A stretch of DNA of 64,000 bases from contig NC_043002.1 in NCBI RefSeq assembly GCF_006345805.1, positions 21,886,001 through 21,950,000 on the forward strand. The letters run 5' to 3'. Made by a program: the position numbers and the translations under genes. Positions 63,128 to 64,000 of this stretch are shown here, piece by piece (position 1 is the stretch's first letter; every line of letters begins with the position of its first letter). The notes below the pieces were generated by a model. The model had not been told where the DNA came from, did not search any database, and was given only the letters and a program-made list of their open reading frames with translations. The stretch is from Octopus sinensis. Lineage: Eukaryota.

Positions 63128-63759
63128 TGTGCATTTACACCCACAACCTTGTATTTTGATTTATTGGATAAAAGAAAAGAAGACATATTGTCTATTAAAA
63201 TTTGCATCTACATAAGTTGAATTCTTTCTTAATGAGCATCAAATAGCTCTTTCTAGCAAAATTAAGAAGTTTTACTTCTCAAAAATCTCATTTGATAGAC
63301 AAAATCTGATGCCGGATTTGGACTCAGCACTCCAAAATTAGCTAGAAACCGCTGATAAACCTTGTGCCAGAAAACACGAGTTGACCAGTGTTATTGCTCA
63401 TAACGAAGCCAACCCGCTTTAGGCAGCAAACTGGTAGAATCGATTGACAGTTGAATGCATAAAATGCTCCATCTTATTTGTTCTAGCTCTCTACTCTCGT
63501 GTTCAAATCCCGCTTTAAACTACTTATCAGATGGTCACTGATTCAACTTTTCTTTGGAAGAAGAGTAGTTTTACGACGTCTGTTTTACTTTTCTTAACCT
63601 ATTCCTGTCATTCAGAAGCAAAAAAAAAAAAAAAATCTTTCTCACATTCATTTTTTATCAAGTAAATCCAGGTTATGAAACTACAAATGTTGTCGTTTAC
63701 CGGTACGTGTTTAACAAGGAAAGTGGAAATTGCATCAAATATATCGAATGAATATAGAG

Positions 63760-64000
63760 ACAGTTGCAAACGTACAGAAATCTAATCACGAGATGCCTAC
63801 TTTTATTTTATGCAAGTATCGTGGGGATCGAAAAAATGCCCCAACGCAGAACGATGGGTTGGTGGAACTGTTAGAAGTGCAGGAAAAGATGTTTTGCGGC
63901 TTCTATTCTGGCTCTCTACGTTCTGAGAACGACACCTGAGACGACACTGATACCAAGCTATATCGGATCAAGCTGGTGTTCTCTCTTCTGGATAAACATC
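63760..64000 (+). pseudogene. piggyBac-like transposase relic, running off the window
   Basis: Frameshifted IVGIEKMPQ..W and RCFA..GSLRSEND..DTDTKLYRIKLVFSLL, which resemble the PGBD4 MGI-K-P and RF..I...L.F.DN..DKL.KIRP motifs. Confidence 0.45.

Larger units (their letters stand above)
60570..63390 (+). mobile_element. Chapaev3-type DNA transposon, complete ends, decayed transposase
   Basis: TTA|CACCTGCCAAC .. GTTGACCAGTG|TTA (3-bp TSD); inverted subterminal CTAATTTTGGAGTGCT; HKVCKTC..MVWREP..YFC, CIDLKMV..LLGQQ, LHIKL, GIFDGLQ, MSIKLHYLHSHL, YQGRW..MMADYCW. Confidence 0.8.

Overview
A 64-kb, AT-rich animal genomic window packed with microsatellites and transposon debris. I find no host protein-coding exon that I can support; almost all ORFs in the supplied track are translated microsatellites. 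The SINE families and the (TACA)n/(TA)n/(CA)n/(ATG)n load point to a coleoid cephalopod, probably Octopus (inference). Contents: at least five tRNA-derived SINE families; RTE, RTE-X and Tx1 LINE relics; mariner, Tc1, DD41D, DD37E, hAT, Chapaev3 and piggyBac DNA-transposon relics; two non-autonomous Helitrons carrying a captured piggyBac fragment; an antisense 28S rRNA fragment fused to an RTE; a 1.8-kb inverted segmental duplication; and several fold-back hairpins. The most interesting layer is RNA structure. Several repeat families carry hammerhead-ribozyme motifs. One is a non-coding 1.1-kb element (6316-7431) whose two 343-bp direct repeats each contain a complete hammerhead core with its three strands in a non-circularly permuted (pseudoknotted) order. 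If active, it would release a 772-nt monomer, as retrozymes do. All family assignments come from recognising motifs by eye, not from database searches.
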